From Sedimentisphaerales bacterium (lineage in GTDB: Bacteria > Planctomycetota > Phycisphaerae > Sedimentisphaerales > SM23-30), in NCBI GenBank assembly GCA_963663965.2, contig CAXXFK010000010.1:128001-192000 (forward strand): a stretch of 64,000 nucleotides of DNA, read 5' to 3'. Both the position numbers and the translations under genes were made by a program. Positions 40,724-51,647 of this stretch are shown here, piece by piece. The number at the start of each line of letters is the position of its first letter. Within the stretch, counting starts at the first letter, position 1. A model generated the notes under the pieces. The model did not search any database, was not told the DNA's origin, and worked only from the letters and a program-made list of their open reading frames with translations.

Positions 40724-42841
40724 TTATTTTTTCTTTAAAAAATCGTACAGGATATCAATAACAACATCTTCCACCTTGGCCGGTTTCTGGTCCTTATTTG
40801 ATGAATCATCGGAAGACTGGCCAGAGGAAGGTTTCGTTTTATCTGATTCTTTTGTCCCATCCTGAGCCTTATCCTGCTTCAGGTCATCAGGAAGATTTTT
40901 ACGAATGATATCCCGAATCAGTTGGTCGGATTGTTTCTGGATAATACTGCGGCCGGTTTGCTCAATCAGTTTTTGAATATTGATCGCCGCCAGATCGAGT
41001 TTGGGCTCCTTGCGCGTTCCACGAACAGGAATGACAATATCGGTTTGCTGTAACGCAGTCAAATATTCCCGATATTCTCCTTTGATTCCCATTCGCCGCA
41101 ACAATCCTTCCGTCACCGGCATGGCCATTTTCAGATCAATTTTGTCATCCAAACCAACCGATCCGGAAAATTTCAGTTGGATATCTTTATTCAGATGAAC
41201 CGCCATGTTGTCGTAATTCACCTTGCCGTCAGTGACCTGAAAGGCCAGAGGATCGATATTGATCTCTTTCAGGGAATCCACCCCGGTCAGATTGAGAATC
41301 TCCAGCAGCAAACCTTTTGGGACAATCTGAAGATTATCCAGACTCAACTGGCCGGAAGTCGCCAAGGCTTGCAAAATTTTGTCATTAAAGGGCACAAAAA
41401 TATTATTGACCCTAAGATTGACCTTTCCACCAATTTCCGCAACCTGAGTAAATAAAGGATTGATATAGCTTAATAATTTCCAGCTTAATTCATAGTTCAA
41501 AGGATAATTCTGAAGGACAAACAACGGCTGGTCTAACCGGAAGGCTGAAGGCGTTTTGCTCATATCGACCATACCGGCCAGTTGCAGAACCCCGTCATTC
41601 ACCTTCACTGTGGCCGGCCTGATTAATATACTGTTGTTATCCAGCATGGGAAAGAGTTCCAACCTGCCGGCTTGCTGGCCGTAGATACTGGCGCTGTCCC
41701 AGCCCAGACCCATCCGGGCCGTTAAATGTGAGAGATCCGCTTTTTCTTCGGCCAGGTTAATCGGACCGACCAGGCTGATATCCCCCTGACTACTACCCAG
41801 GAACTGGATATTTTTCGCCAGATCCGGAGCGAAGGTATTCAGTATGACTTCCATTTCCTGCCAATCAGAACGATAACTGCCATCCAAGGATAAATCGATT
41901 TTATTTTTGGCGGCCTCGACTTTGCCGGCCAGATCGAGAGTCAACAGTTGCGAGTCCAATTCCAGAGAGTCAACGATAACGGTATTGAGAACCGGATTCA
42001 GCGCCCCATCACAGGATAATATGATTCGCTTTTGTTCGATGGTCTTTTTATCCAGTTGAGCCACTGCATCATTCAGCTCCAACTGACCTTTGAGGGCAAT
42101 ATCTTTCCAACCGACACCAATGGTTCCGTTCCATTTGAATCCTGTGGAAATATGCTTTTCCGGCTGGGCGAGATCCAGTTTACCCGCAATTTCAGACAGG
42201 AGATTTCCCTCTTTTAATTCCAGGGTCGCATTAAGATCCTCTAACCGTGTGGATTCAGTAACAACGCTATTCTCACCCAGGCTTTCTATCCTACACCGGC
42301 CATCGGTAATCATGCAACGCAAATGATACTTGTCTAAACCTGCCTGCCAATCGGTTCCTTCAGCAGAATCAGTGCCAACCGGAGAAGCGGGCTTATTTTT
42401 ATCGGACGACTCCCCCCTGGATTCCGAACGAATATAAACATCGGGTGAATTGACTTCAAACGTACCCAAATCCTGACGGGATATCAACAAATGAAGTAAT
42501 CCCACCGTCGTTTTAATCTGATCGACCTTAAACAGTTCATAGCCATTCGAGTCTTTGACAAGTAGTTTATCCAGTAGACATGGCCCTCCCCATGAGACAT
42601 TCAGGCGGCCCAGTTCGATGTTACCCTCGTATTTTTCATTGGCAATAGCCAGGATTTTTTGACGGGCCATTTCTGACGAAAGAAACGCCGGCAAGAAAAT
42701 GCCCACTAAAACCAGGGTCAATAACAGGAATAGAAATATCCATCGCCCAATTCTTTTTTTTCTTTTTTTGGGCTGCCCATATATTCCCAGAGCATCCCGT
42801 TCTTCTAAATTCACAGTGTCGCGATTATGATTATCCGACAT
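40724..42841 (-). CDS. AsmA-like envelope protein
   Basis: N-terminal TM then beta-rich body ending SGSVGLD..IPVRGT..PKLD. Confidence 0.65.
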   Translation of the reverse strand: MSDNHNRDTVNLEERDALGIYGQPKKRKKRIGRWIFLFLLLTLVLVGIFLPAFLSSEMARQKILAIANEKYEGNIELGRLNVSWGGPCLLDKLLVKDSNGYELFKVDQIKTTVGLLHLLISRQDLGTFEVNSPDVYIRSESRGESSDKNKPASPVGTDSAEGTDWQAGLDKYHLRCMITDGRCRIESLGENSVVTESTRLEDLNATLELKEGNLLSEIAGKLDLAQPEKHISTGFKWNGTIGVGWKDIALKGQLELNDAVAQLDKKTIEQKRIILSCDGALNPVLNTVIVDSLELDSQLLTLDLAGKVEAAKNKIDLSLDGSYRSDWQEMEVILNTFAPDLAKNIQFLGSSQGDISLVGPINLAEEKADLSHLTARMGLGWDSASIYGQQAGRLELFPMLDNNSILIRPATVKVNDGVLQLAGMVDMSKTPSAFRLDQPLFVLQNYPLNYELSWKLLSYINPLFTQVAEIGGKVNLRVNNIFVPFNDKILQALATSGQLSLDNLQIVPKGLLLEILNLTGVDSLKEINIDPLAFQVTDGKVNYDNMAVHLNKDIQLKFSGSVGLDDKIDLKMAMPVTEGLLRRMGIKGEYREYLTALQQTDIVIPVRGTRKEPKLDLAAINIQKLIEQTGRSIIQKQSDQLIRDIIRKNLPDDLKQDKAQDGTKESDKTKPSSGQSSDDSSNKDQKPAKVEDVVIDILYDFLKKK

Positions 42842-43162
42842 GATATATTTATCCTTATTATCCAGGGATTATTAATGCTACTACGTTAATATCGTTACGG
42901 GTTATCGAACAATAACAAGGAAAAATTTTGTTTAATGATTTAAATCCCAAAATATGGATTCTGAAATCGAACGATAATATTGCTTTATCCATTTGTCAAT
43001 AAGATAGTTACAAATTCATTACTTGCAATTTTGACTAGTTTATCCATCTTACTGGTTTTCTGATTAACTCCCCATCTCCTAACCCCGATATTGCAGATAG
43101 TCAAAGAGAGAGTGAGTTGGAATCCATTTCCACAATTGAAACGTTAGTACTGTCCGGGTTCG

Positions 43163-44395
43163 ATGCCAACTGACACCATGAATTCTGCAATACAAAAAAA
43201 GAACAAAGAGCATACTTCTCAACCGGAACACCGGAAGAAACCGCTGGTTTCGATAGCTGTGGTGGATGATAATCCAACAGTCAGGCGGTTAGCCCAGATT
43301 ATTCTTGAAAAAGAAGGCTATCTTGTTGACCTGCTGGAAAATGGCAAACAGGCGCTGGAAATGGCCCATAGCAATCCGCCTGATTTAATGTTACTGGATT
43401 GCCAGATGCCGGATATCAACGGGTATGAAGTCTGCCGTCAAATTCATCGCGATCTGGAAAAAGGTCATTTTCCCGTCATATTCATATCCGGCAACACCGA
43501 CATCGAAAGTAAACTGGAAGGCTTTGAGTCCGGAGGCATTGATTATATTACCAAACCGTTCGATCCGGTCGAACTCAAATATCGGATTAAAACCCACCTG
43601 GAATTATCACGGCACCGGCGTCAAATTCATAAACAGGCCCGTCAACTGGAATTCCTGGTGGAATCGCAAAACCGGCGCCTGAATCAGCTCCGCGAGGCGC
43701 AGGAAAACCTGTTAACCTCACCGGAGCAGTTTCCTGAACTTAATCTGGGGATCCATTTCCAGCCAGCCCTGGAAGCGGGCGGGGATTTTTACGATATTCT
43801 AAAATTATCCGATGATCAATATGGTTTTCTGGTAGCGGATGTTTCCGGCCATGACCTTGGATCAGCCTATATCACCGGGGCGCTCAAGGCGTTAACGGTC
43901 TGCTTCACCAATGAAACCTTAACCGTGGATGAAACCTTTTTCATGCTGAACAGCGCCTTGATCAAATTCCTTGACGCGTGTCAATATGCGACGGCCTGTT
44001 ATATCAAATATACCCGTACCCATAAAAAACTGGACATCATTTGCGCCGGTCATCCGGCTCCCATTATACTTCGCAAGGACGGCACGATCTTTCAGCCGGA
44101 AATGAGCGGTATGGTTCTGGGGATGATGGATGAAGTGGACTGTGATGTGAACAGTGTGGAAGTCGCCCATGGCGACAGGCTGTATTTATTCACGGATGGG
44201 CTGATAGAAGGTTATCCAGACGAAAAAGGAAACACCGGCAGCCGTTTTTACGGCAATGCCTGCCTGATGGATAAAATAATCGAAACTCAATCGCTGCCCA
44301 TTAAAAGCAGTGTTATCAATATCAGCAAAGATTTTCAAGCCCGTAACCGAGGAGCCATAACAGACGATGTTATCTTGATGGGAATCGCATTTTAA
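43163..44395 (+). CDS. Response regulator with PP2C/SpoIIE phosphatase domain
   Basis: REC (LLDCQMP, KPF); GGDFYD, ADVSGH, AGHP, TDGL, DDV. Confidence 0.92.
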   Translation: MPTDTMNSAIQKKNKEHTSQPEHRKKPLVSIAVVDDNPTVRRLAQIILEKEGYLVDLLENGKQALEMAHSNPPDLMLLDCQMPDINGYEVCRQIHRDLEKGHFPVIFISGNTDIESKLEGFESGGIDYITKPFDPVELKYRIKTHLELSRHRRQIHKQARQLEFLVESQNRRLNQLREAQENLLTSPEQFPELNLGIHFQPALEAGGDFYDILKLSDDQYGFLVADVSGHDLGSAYITGALKALTVCFTNETLTVDETFFMLNSALIKFLDACQYATACYIKYTRTHKKLDIICAGHPAPIILRKDGTIFQPEMSGMVLGMMDEVDCDVNSVEVAHGDRLYLFTDGLIEGYPDEKGNTGSRFYGNACLMDKIIETQSLPIKSSVINISKDFQARNRGAITDDVILMGIAF

Positions 44396-44418
44396 AAAAG
44401 GGAAACAGGATATAAGCT

Positions 44419-44856
44419 ATGTTTGAATATCAAGAAAACGCAAATACTTTTACGATTATCATGAGCCCTACCCTCGCACATATAGACCGGGCCGATGATT
44501 GTATTACCGAATATATCAACAAGCACCCTCAACCTGTCGACGCCTTTGCATTACGCATCCTGGTGCGCGAATCGGTTCTAAACGCGGTCGAACACGGCTG
44601 CCAGCAGTCAGGAAATGGCGAAGTGCGCATCGATCTGGTCATTGAGGAATACGAAATCACCCTGACCGTGCGAGATAGCGGCAAGGGATTTAACTGGCGC
44701 GAACGATCCAGCTACAAAGACGAACTGGCCGAAGGCGGCCGGGGTCTGGCTTTGATGGAAATTTATTCGGATCGTATGGATTTTAACGACGCAGGGAACG
44801 AGTTGACGCTCAAACTGTTTAGTAAAGTCGAATCTGCTGTCAACCGACATAACTAA
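44419..44856 (+). CDS. RsbW-like anti-sigma factor/Ser kinase
   Basis: E...NAVEHG, DSGKGF, EGGRGL, GNEL. Confidence 0.88.
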   Translation: MFEYQENANTFTIIMSPTLAHIDRADDCITEYINKHPQPVDAFALRILVRESVLNAVEHGCQQSGNGEVRIDLVIEEYEITLTVRDSGKGFNWRERSSYKDELAEGGRGLALMEIYSDRMDFNDAGNELTLKLFSKVESAVNRHN

Positions 44857-44907
44857 AGTTATCTTGTATTACACTATATACAATTTACCATTATATGGAG
44901 TTCAATT

Positions 44908-45216
44908 ATGAGTAGTACACAAACACCGGCAGGGAACTTTGTGGTCAAGCCCGAAGGCAAAATCACCGCTGCGAATGCCGACGAATTTCGCAAGGAATTA
45001 CTTAGTGTCGTCGAAAACGGACACGTAGACCTGACCATCGACTTGTCGCAGGTTGACATGTTGGACTCCAAGGGATTGGCCGTGTTTATTGTCTGCCACA
45101 AAACCGTGCTGGAAAAAAAAGGTTCGCTCACGATAGTGACCGATAATCGGGATTTCCAGGATTTGTTCCATGTCATGCGACTCGACCGTCATTTTACCGT
45201 AAAAACGTCCGAATAA
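44908..45216 (+). CDS. STAS anti-sigma factor antagonist
   Basis: IDLSQVDMLDSKGL with phosphorylatable Ser. Confidence 0.88.
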   Translation: MSSTQTPAGNFVVKPEGKITAANADEFRKELLSVVENGHVDLTIDLSQVDMLDSKGLAVFIVCHKTVLEKKGSLTIVTDNRDFQDLFHVMRLDRHFTVKTSE

Positions 45217-45251
45217 CCTTTGGCAACCAGGAAAAGAATGGAGACTATCAG

Positions 45252-48200
45252 ATGAGTTTAGAAAATAATGATCTCATCGCCTCGTTTGAAGAAGAAGCCA
45301 ATGAAGTGCTGGCCGATCTGGAAAACGATCTAATAAGCATTGAAGAAAGCGGCGATGATCTCGATAAAGAGCTGGTGAACCGGGTTTTTCGCGGGATACA
45401 CTCCATGAAAGGTTCGGCCGGATTTTTGGGACTCAAATCATTGAGCGAACTGGCACACGAAACCGAGAACATCCTTAATCTGATCCGAAACGATGAACTT
45501 AAACCCACCTCGGTTATTATCAATGCCATGCTGAAAGCGGCAGACGCTCTGCGTACCATGGTGGCGGACGTCAATAATTCTAATAATTTTGATGTCGCAC
45601 AATACATCAGCGACCTGCAGGCAGCCATCCGGAGCGATTTATCCGATGAGACCTGTGATTCGCTGGATCGCGATATCGATATTGCCCTGCCCAGCGGAAC
45701 CCTGGCATTTGTCATGATTTCCGAAGCCGATCTGGTATTGCGCCAACGACAAGGTCTGAATATCTATGTGGCTGAAGTGGATCTGATCGCTGATATCCAA
45801 GAAAAAGGCGCAACGCCCCTTGATCTGCTGCATATGGTCTATAAAAACGGCGAATTAATCAACAGCTATATCAGCACGGCAGGCGTTGGCAACCTGTCGC
45901 GAGAACTGCCCGAATCATTCATGTTCATGATTTTGATGGCCTCAAATCTTGGACAGGAAGAATTGGCAGACGCATTGCAAATCCCACTGGACCGGTTGCA
46001 TTTGATTGCAACGTTCAGTCAGACGCAATGGGATACAACCGGCCCCGTTGAGCCCGATACTGACATCGTCCAGCCGGCAAAAAGTACTCAAAAGAACACA
46101 AAAACCAGTGAGTCCCTATCCTCTCAGCCAAGCCATACTCCTGAAAAAGCAGCAACCCGTGTTCCATTGAAATCGGCGGCGAAAGCCAAAACCAACAATA
46201 ATGACGAGGAAAAATCGGCCAACCGGGCGCAACAATCCGCCCCCAGCTCCGGCGCGAAACTGACCAGTTTGCGGGTTAATGTCAAGGTGCTTGACACGCT
46301 GATGAATCTGGCCGGAGAATTGGTGCTTGGGCGAAATCAACTGCTGCAGGAAGCTGAAACGAAGGATTTCAGCGGGATCAACGCCGTGGCCGCCCGAATC
46401 GATCAGGTGACCAGCGAACTGCAGGAAGCCGTCATGCAAACGCGAATGCAACCGATCGGCACTGTCTTTAACAAGTTCCCACGGATAGTCAGAGACTTAT
46501 GTGCCGACCTTGGGAAAAACTGCGAACTGGAAATCGATGGCAGCGAAGTCGAAATGGATAAAACCATTATCGAGGGAATCGGCGACCCCCTGACCCATCT
46601 GATACGCAATTCCTGCGATCATGGGATCGAAATGCCAGAGGAACGAACCGCCAGAGAAAAACCTGCCCTCGGTACGATTAAACTCAGAGCCTTCCATCAG
46701 GCGGGAAAAGTGAATATCACAATTCAGGATGATGGAGCCGGCATCAATATACCGCGCGTCAAGGAAAAAGCGGTTGAAAAAGGCATGATCACAACAGAAC
46801 AAGCCCGTGACATGAGTGACCGGGAAGCGGCGCGATTGATTTTCCAGCCGGGATTTTCCACCGCAACCCAGGTAACCAGCGTCAGTGGCCGCGGCGTCGG
46901 TATGGATGTCGTTCGAACCAATATAGAACAACTGGGCGGCACCGTTGATATCGACTCGACCATAGGTTTGGGCACAACGATCGCCATAAAACTTCCCTTA
47001 ACGCTGGCGATTATCCCTTCCTTGATTGTACGCTCCGGCAGTGAGCAGTACGCCATCCCACAAGTGAACATCAGCGAAATTGTCCGGATTAAAGCTACGG
47101 ATGTTGCAGAAAAAATCGAAAAGATTAAAAACGCCGAAGTTTTGCGGTTGCGAGGGCAATTGCTTCCCCTGGTCCGGCTCAGCCGGGTACTGGAAAAACC
47201 AGGCAAATATAAAGATCCCTACTCCGGAAGCCTGATTACCGACAACCGGGAAAACATCGCCGATCGCCGCAGCAAGATTTCGACATCAGACCGTATAGAT
47301 AGTGAGACCGCAGAACGGCGCACCCCATCTGATCGACGACTGGACTCCATGGCTGGCGCGATTAAAATCATCGTTGTTGAAACCGGCATTCTGAAATACG
47401 GATTGATCGTCGATGAGTTGTTTGACAATAAAGAGATTGTGGTTAAGCCGCTGGGGCATCACATGAAGAAATGCAATACGCTGGCCGGCGCTACGATCCT
47501 GGGAGACGGCAAGGTCGCCTTGATCCTGGACGTAGTCGGTATTGCCACCCATATGGAACTGGCGGCGACAGAGCGCTCGGAATTGAAAACCGATTCCAGC
47601 AGCGTAACGGACAAAACCTCTGAAACGCAATCCGTGATGATCTTCAGCAACCATCCGGATGAGTTCTTTGCCATTCCAACCTCCTTTATTGCCAGGATTG
47701 AACGCATCCAGACCGATCAGATCGACACGGTGGGCGGACAGGAAGTTCTGCAATATCGCGGGACCTCGTTGCCATTGCTTTGTCTGGAAAAACATATTAA
47801 CGCTCAATCGCGCGAAACCATTCGGTCAACCTACGTCGTCGTTTTCAAGATTGGCAACAAAGAAGCCGGCCTGGTCGCCCCGGAACTGGTTGATATTCAT
47901 GAGATCCCCGCCCAGATCGATACGATCACCTTCCGGGAAAAAGGGATTATTGGATCGTGCATTGTTAACAACCGCACCGTTCGGGTAGTGGACATCTATG
48001 AAATCATCGAAAGTTCACATCGACACTGGCTGGACAGCACAACAGATATTAAGAAGGTGCGTAAGAGCCAGACGACACTGCTGCTGGCGGAAGATTCTGA
48101 CTTTTTCCGGCAACAAATGAAAGCGTTTATCGAAGCCGAAGGATATACCGTGGTTGATTGTGAAGACGGGCAGATTGCCTGGGACACTCTCCAGAAAGAC

Positions 48201-48452
48201 GACCCGCAATTCGATCTGATCCTGACCGACATCGAGATGCCTAATATGAACGGCCTGAAATTTTCCGAGCTGGTGAAAGCGGATTCACGATACTCGCATC
48301 TGCCCATTATTGCCGTGACCAGTCTGGCCAGCGAGGAAGACATGGAGAAAGGTTACCGTGCCGGAATCGATGACTACCAGATCAAACTCGATCGCGACAA
48401 ACTGTTACAAAGCATTAAACGTTTACTCGGCGCCCAACAACCGACCGTTTAA
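45252..48452 (+). CDS. cheA: Hybrid CheA (Hpt-P2-dimer-HATPase-CheW-CheW-REC)
   Basis: HSMKG, RNSCDHGIE, GFSTA, SGRGVGMDVV, LPLTLAI, C-terminal TDIEMP. Confidence 0.95.
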   Translation: MSLENNDLIASFEEEANEVLADLENDLISIEESGDDLDKELVNRVFRGIHSMKGSAGFLGLKSLSELAHETENILNLIRNDELKPTSVIINAMLKAADALRTMVADVNNSNNFDVAQYISDLQAAIRSDLSDETCDSLDRDIDIALPSGTLAFVMISEADLVLRQRQGLNIYVAEVDLIADIQEKGATPLDLLHMVYKNGELINSYISTAGVGNLSRELPESFMFMILMASNLGQEELADALQIPLDRLHLIATFSQTQWDTTGPVEPDTDIVQPAKSTQKNTKTSESLSSQPSHTPEKAATRVPLKSAAKAKTNNNDEEKSANRAQQSAPSSGAKLTSLRVNVKVLDTLMNLAGELVLGRNQLLQEAETKDFSGINAVAARIDQVTSELQEAVMQTRMQPIGTVFNKFPRIVRDLCADLGKNCELEIDGSEVEMDKTIIEGIGDPLTHLIRNSCDHGIEMPEERTAREKPALGTIKLRAFHQAGKVNITIQDDGAGINIPRVKEKAVEKGMITTEQARDMSDREAARLIFQPGFSTATQVTSVSGRGVGMDVVRTNIEQLGGTVDIDSTIGLGTTIAIKLPLTLAIIPSLIVRSGSEQYAIPQVNISEIVRIKATDVAEKIEKIKNAEVLRLRGQLLPLVRLSRVLEKPGKYKDPYSGSLITDNRENIADRRSKISTSDRIDSETAERRTPSDRRLDSMAGAIKIIVVETGILKYGLIVDELFDNKEIVVKPLGHHMKKCNTLAGATILGDGKVALILDVVGIATHMELAATERSELKTDSSSVTDKTSETQSVMIFSNHPDEFFAIPTSFIARIERIQTDQIDTVGGQEVLQYRGTSLPLLCLEKHINAQSRETIRSTYVVVFKIGNKEAGLVAPELVDIHEIPAQIDTITFREKGIIGSCIVNNRTVRVVDIYEIIESSHRHWLDSTTDIKKVRKSQTTLLLAEDSDFFRQQMKAFIEAEGYTVVDCEDGQIAWDTLQKDDPQFDLILTDIEMPNMNGLKFSELVKADSRYSHLPIIAVTSLASEEDMEKGYRAGIDDYQIKLDRDKLLQSIKRLLGAQQPTV

Positions 48453-48481
48453 ATTGATTTCGATTCGGAAAGGAATCAAAC

Positions 48482-48961
48482 ATGGCCAGAAACGATCATA
48501 CTGACACTATTCGAACAACCGAGCAGGAATACATCACTTTCTACATTGGCGACATGTTGATGGGCATTGATATCCAGCGAGTTCAGGAAATCAATCACAA
48601 CCTTGACTGTACCCCGGTTCCGCATACTGACGATTTTATTCGGGGAGTGATCAATCTGCGCGGCGAGGTGGTCACCGTATTGGAATTACGGAAAATTCTT
48701 AATTTACCCGAGCCGGCCGCGAAACAACAACACCGCAATATAATCGTTAATGCCGACGGTGAATCGATCGGACTGGTGATTGACCGGATATCCGATGTCG
48801 TCATTGCCGACAACCAGGAAATCGAACCGGCTCCAGCGAATTTAAACGGTATCAATAACCGCTTCTTTAATGGGGTATATAAAAAAGAAAAGGAATTATT
48901 ACTGTTGTTAAATATCGATGAAATCGTCATGAATGAAATTGGCGAAACAGTGGACATTTAA
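48482..48961 (+). CDS. cheW: CheW coupling protein
   Basis: VQEI, GVINLRGEV. Confidence 0.93.
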   Translation: MARNDHTDTIRTTEQEYITFYIGDMLMGIDIQRVQEINHNLDCTPVPHTDDFIRGVINLRGEVVTVLELRKILNLPEPAAKQQHRNIIVNADGESIGLVIDRISDVVIADNQEIEPAPANLNGINNRFFNGVYKKEKELLLLLNIDEIVMNEIGETVDI

Positions 48962-49043
48962 TATTTGGTATCCGTCATTAACCGGATTTCTCGAACCCTA
49001 ATCGATCCCTTCGAAATGAATCAGAGAGGAAGCGTCGCCATTC

Positions 49044-50168
49044 ATGGAACAGATCGTGGTCAGAGCCCTGGTAGTCGATGACACTGTCGTCTATCGCAAA
49101 ATAGTCACCGACATCCTGCAATCGATTGAAGGGGTCGAAGTCGTCGCGTCGGCATCCAATGGCAAATCGGCGTTGCAAAAGATTCATGAATTGTCGCCCG
49201 ACATTGTCACCCTGGATCTGGAAATGCCGGTCATGGACGGTTTGCAGACGCTCGAGGCGCTCAAAGATTCTCCCGCCGGCAATCGTCCCGGGGTAATCAT
49301 GCTCAGCGCTTTCACGACCGAAGGCGCCAATGCGACAGTAAAAGCGCTGGAACTGGGCGCATTCGATTTTATTTTAAAACCGGCCAGCGGCGATATTCAA
49401 AAGAATGTGGAATCCCTGCGGCAGGAATTGGGATTAAAGATTCGCGCCTGTATGCGGTCACGCCAGGTCCGCTCCTTATTGCAAGGCTTACCCAACCGGC
49501 TGGCCGTTCGTTCAGAAACTCAAACCCGACGCATCCCGCCCGCGCCCGTTGCGCCATCGGGAACCATCTCCCCGCTTCGTAAGAAACCTCAAGTTGTGAC
49601 CATCGGCATTTCAACCGGCGGGCCACAGGCATTAACCAAAATCCTGCCACTGATTCCGGGTGATTTCCCCATACCCATTTTGATTGTCCAGCATATGCCC
49701 CCCATGTTTACCAAATCGCTGGCAGACGATCTCAATCGGCGCTGTCCCATGCAGGTTTATGAAGCCCAGCACGATCAGCCCATCGTACCCGGCGCCATCT
49801 ATATCGCGCCCGGTGGCAAACAAATGAAAGCCCATCTTCAACAAGACAAATACTGCATCAAAATCACTGATGATCCTCCGGAGAACAGTTGCAAACCAGC
49901 GGTCGATTACCTGTTCCGTTCTGTCGCCCATGCCTATGACGGACAAGCGATCGCCGTTGTCATGACTGGTATGGGATCCGACGGCACCCTGGGATGCCGC
50001 CTCCTGAAACGCGCCGGGGCCACCATCATCACTCAAAATGAGGCTACGTGTACGGTTTATGGCATGCCCCGCATGCCTGCCGAAGAAGGCCTATCCGACT
50101 ATATTTTACCCTTAATGGAAATACCCACAAAAATCGTTCAGATGACCCAGCATAAGGTGTACGCTTGA
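49044..50168 (+). CDS. cheB: CheB methylesterase with receiver domain
   Basis: DLEMP; STGGP, QHMP, TGMGSDG catalytic triad. Confidence 0.95.
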   Translation: MEQIVVRALVVDDTVVYRKIVTDILQSIEGVEVVASASNGKSALQKIHELSPDIVTLDLEMPVMDGLQTLEALKDSPAGNRPGVIMLSAFTTEGANATVKALELGAFDFILKPASGDIQKNVESLRQELGLKIRACMRSRQVRSLLQGLPNRLAVRSETQTRRIPPAPVAPSGTISPLRKKPQVVTIGISTGGPQALTKILPLIPGDFPIPILIVQHMPPMFTKSLADDLNRRCPMQVYEAQHDQPIVPGAIYIAPGGKQMKAHLQQDKYCIKITDDPPENSCKPAVDYLFRSVAHAYDGQAIAVVMTGMGSDGTLGCRLLKRAGATIITQNEATCTVYGMPRMPAEEGLSDYILPLMEIPTKIVQMTQHKVYA

Positions 50169-51010
50169 AAGTAACAAAAGAAGATATTCAAGTCATTTCC
50201 CGTTTGGTCGATGATCTATGCGGTATCGTTCTGGACGAGACCAAGGATTATCTCATCGAAAGCCGGCTCTCCGACATCGCCGAACGAGCGGGCTGCTCAA
50301 CTTTTACCGAACTGTACTATAAAGCGCGTTACAAAGAAAACCGGGAACTTCAGCGTGAAATTGTCAATGCCATTACTACCCGGGAGACGCTTTTCTTTCG
50401 CGATAACGCCCCATTCGATGCCTTGCAATTTAAATTATTACCTGAAATGATTGACGCCAAGGCCAAAACCGCCCAACCCCGCCGTTTTCGTATCTGGAGC
50501 GCCGCTTGCAGTTCAGGCCAGGAACCTTACAGTATAGCCATGACGTTTCTGGAAATGCTCCCGGATATTTCCAAATGGGATATCCAGATTCTGGCAACGG
50601 ACATATCCGATGAGGCCATTACCCAGGCCAGCCGCGGAGTCTATGCCCAGCATGAAATTCAGCGCGGTCTGAAACCCGAAATGCTCAACAAATATTTTGT
50701 ACCTGAAGGCCGATATTATAAAATCAAGGATCAGGCAAGAGCGCTGGTCAGTTTTCGACAATTAAATTTACATGAGCCATTTACTGGCCTGGGACCTTTC
50801 GATATAATATTCTGTAGAAATGTGGCGATCTATTTCAAACCAGACGCCAAAAAGGATATTTTTACGAGGCTGGCCCAGAAATTAACCCCAGATGGGATAT
50901 TATTCGTGGGTTCGACAGAGTCTCTGACAGATGTTGGTTCGCAATTTGTGCCCGAAAATCACTGTCGTGCGAATTTTTATCGCCCCAATCGTAAGCTGGT
51001 GACAACTTAA
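50165..51010 (+). CDS. cheR: CheR methyltransferase
   Basis: ETLFFRD, WSAACSSGQEPYS, ATDIS, IFCRNV. Confidence 0.95.
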   Translation: MKVTKEDIQVISRLVDDLCGIVLDETKDYLIESRLSDIAERAGCSTFTELYYKARYKENRELQREIVNAITTRETLFFRDNAPFDALQFKLLPEMIDAKAKTAQPRRFRIWSAACSSGQEPYSIAMTFLEMLPDISKWDIQILATDISDEAITQASRGVYAQHEIQRGLKPEMLNKYFVPEGRYYKIKDQARALVSFRQLNLHEPFTGLGPFDIIFCRNVAIYFKPDAKKDIFTRLAQKLTPDGILFVGSTESLTDVGSQFVPENHCRANFYRPNRKLVTT

Positions 51011-51065
51011 GCCCTGCGATACGCTTCAATTTAAACCATAACTAATTACAATATAAACCGTTAAA

Positions 51066-51635
51066 ATGAATTGGCTCCCAGTAGTATTCTATTCCATCAC
51101 GATTATTTGCCTTCTGGCGCTAATGGTTTATTTAGTTTATTTGATTCGTTTTAAATCCATCAAACCTCCATCACCAAGATTAAAAACCGCTTCTCAAGCA
51201 GAGGCGCTCAAGTCGCTTCCGGGCAGCCCAGCCACTTCAAAAGGGCTTTTTCGCTATTCCACCTCATCAAATATACCATCATCACAATTGAATCCATCCC
51301 CGGCATTCCCATTAGTATATGACAAACTTGACCCAGCCAAGCCTTCTGAAACCAACCTGGAAGCCGATACGCTGGGAGCGCTTGAAAATGTACAGAAACA
51401 ACTATTGGAGATTCAAGCCGCGCTGGCCCGACATGAAAACAACCGTCTGGATAACGCACTTACCCCGGAAAATCGAGACCCGCAGAAGCAAACCAACCAA
51501 TCCCAACTATTAAATCAACAATTAAACGATTTGTCTCAATCTTATTCAAATAACGAATCAGAGGGGATAATGCAACGGCTGGCCCGTCAGTTTCAACATC
51601 TTGAACAATATATCAAAGCCAGACTTTTCCGTTGA
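51066..51635 (+). CDS. Hypothetical membrane-anchored coiled-coil protein
   Basis: N-terminal TM, Pro/Ser linker, Q/L-rich tail. Confidence 0.55.
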   Translation: MNWLPVVFYSITIICLLALMVYLVYLIRFKSIKPPSPRLKTASQAEALKSLPGSPATSKGLFRYSTSSNIPSSQLNPSPAFPLVYDKLDPAKPSETNLEADTLGALENVQKQLLEIQAALARHENNRLDNALTPENRDPQKQTNQSQLLNQQLNDLSQSYSNNESEGIMQRLARQFQHLEQYIKARLFR

Positions 51636-51647
51636 ACGTAATACCCT

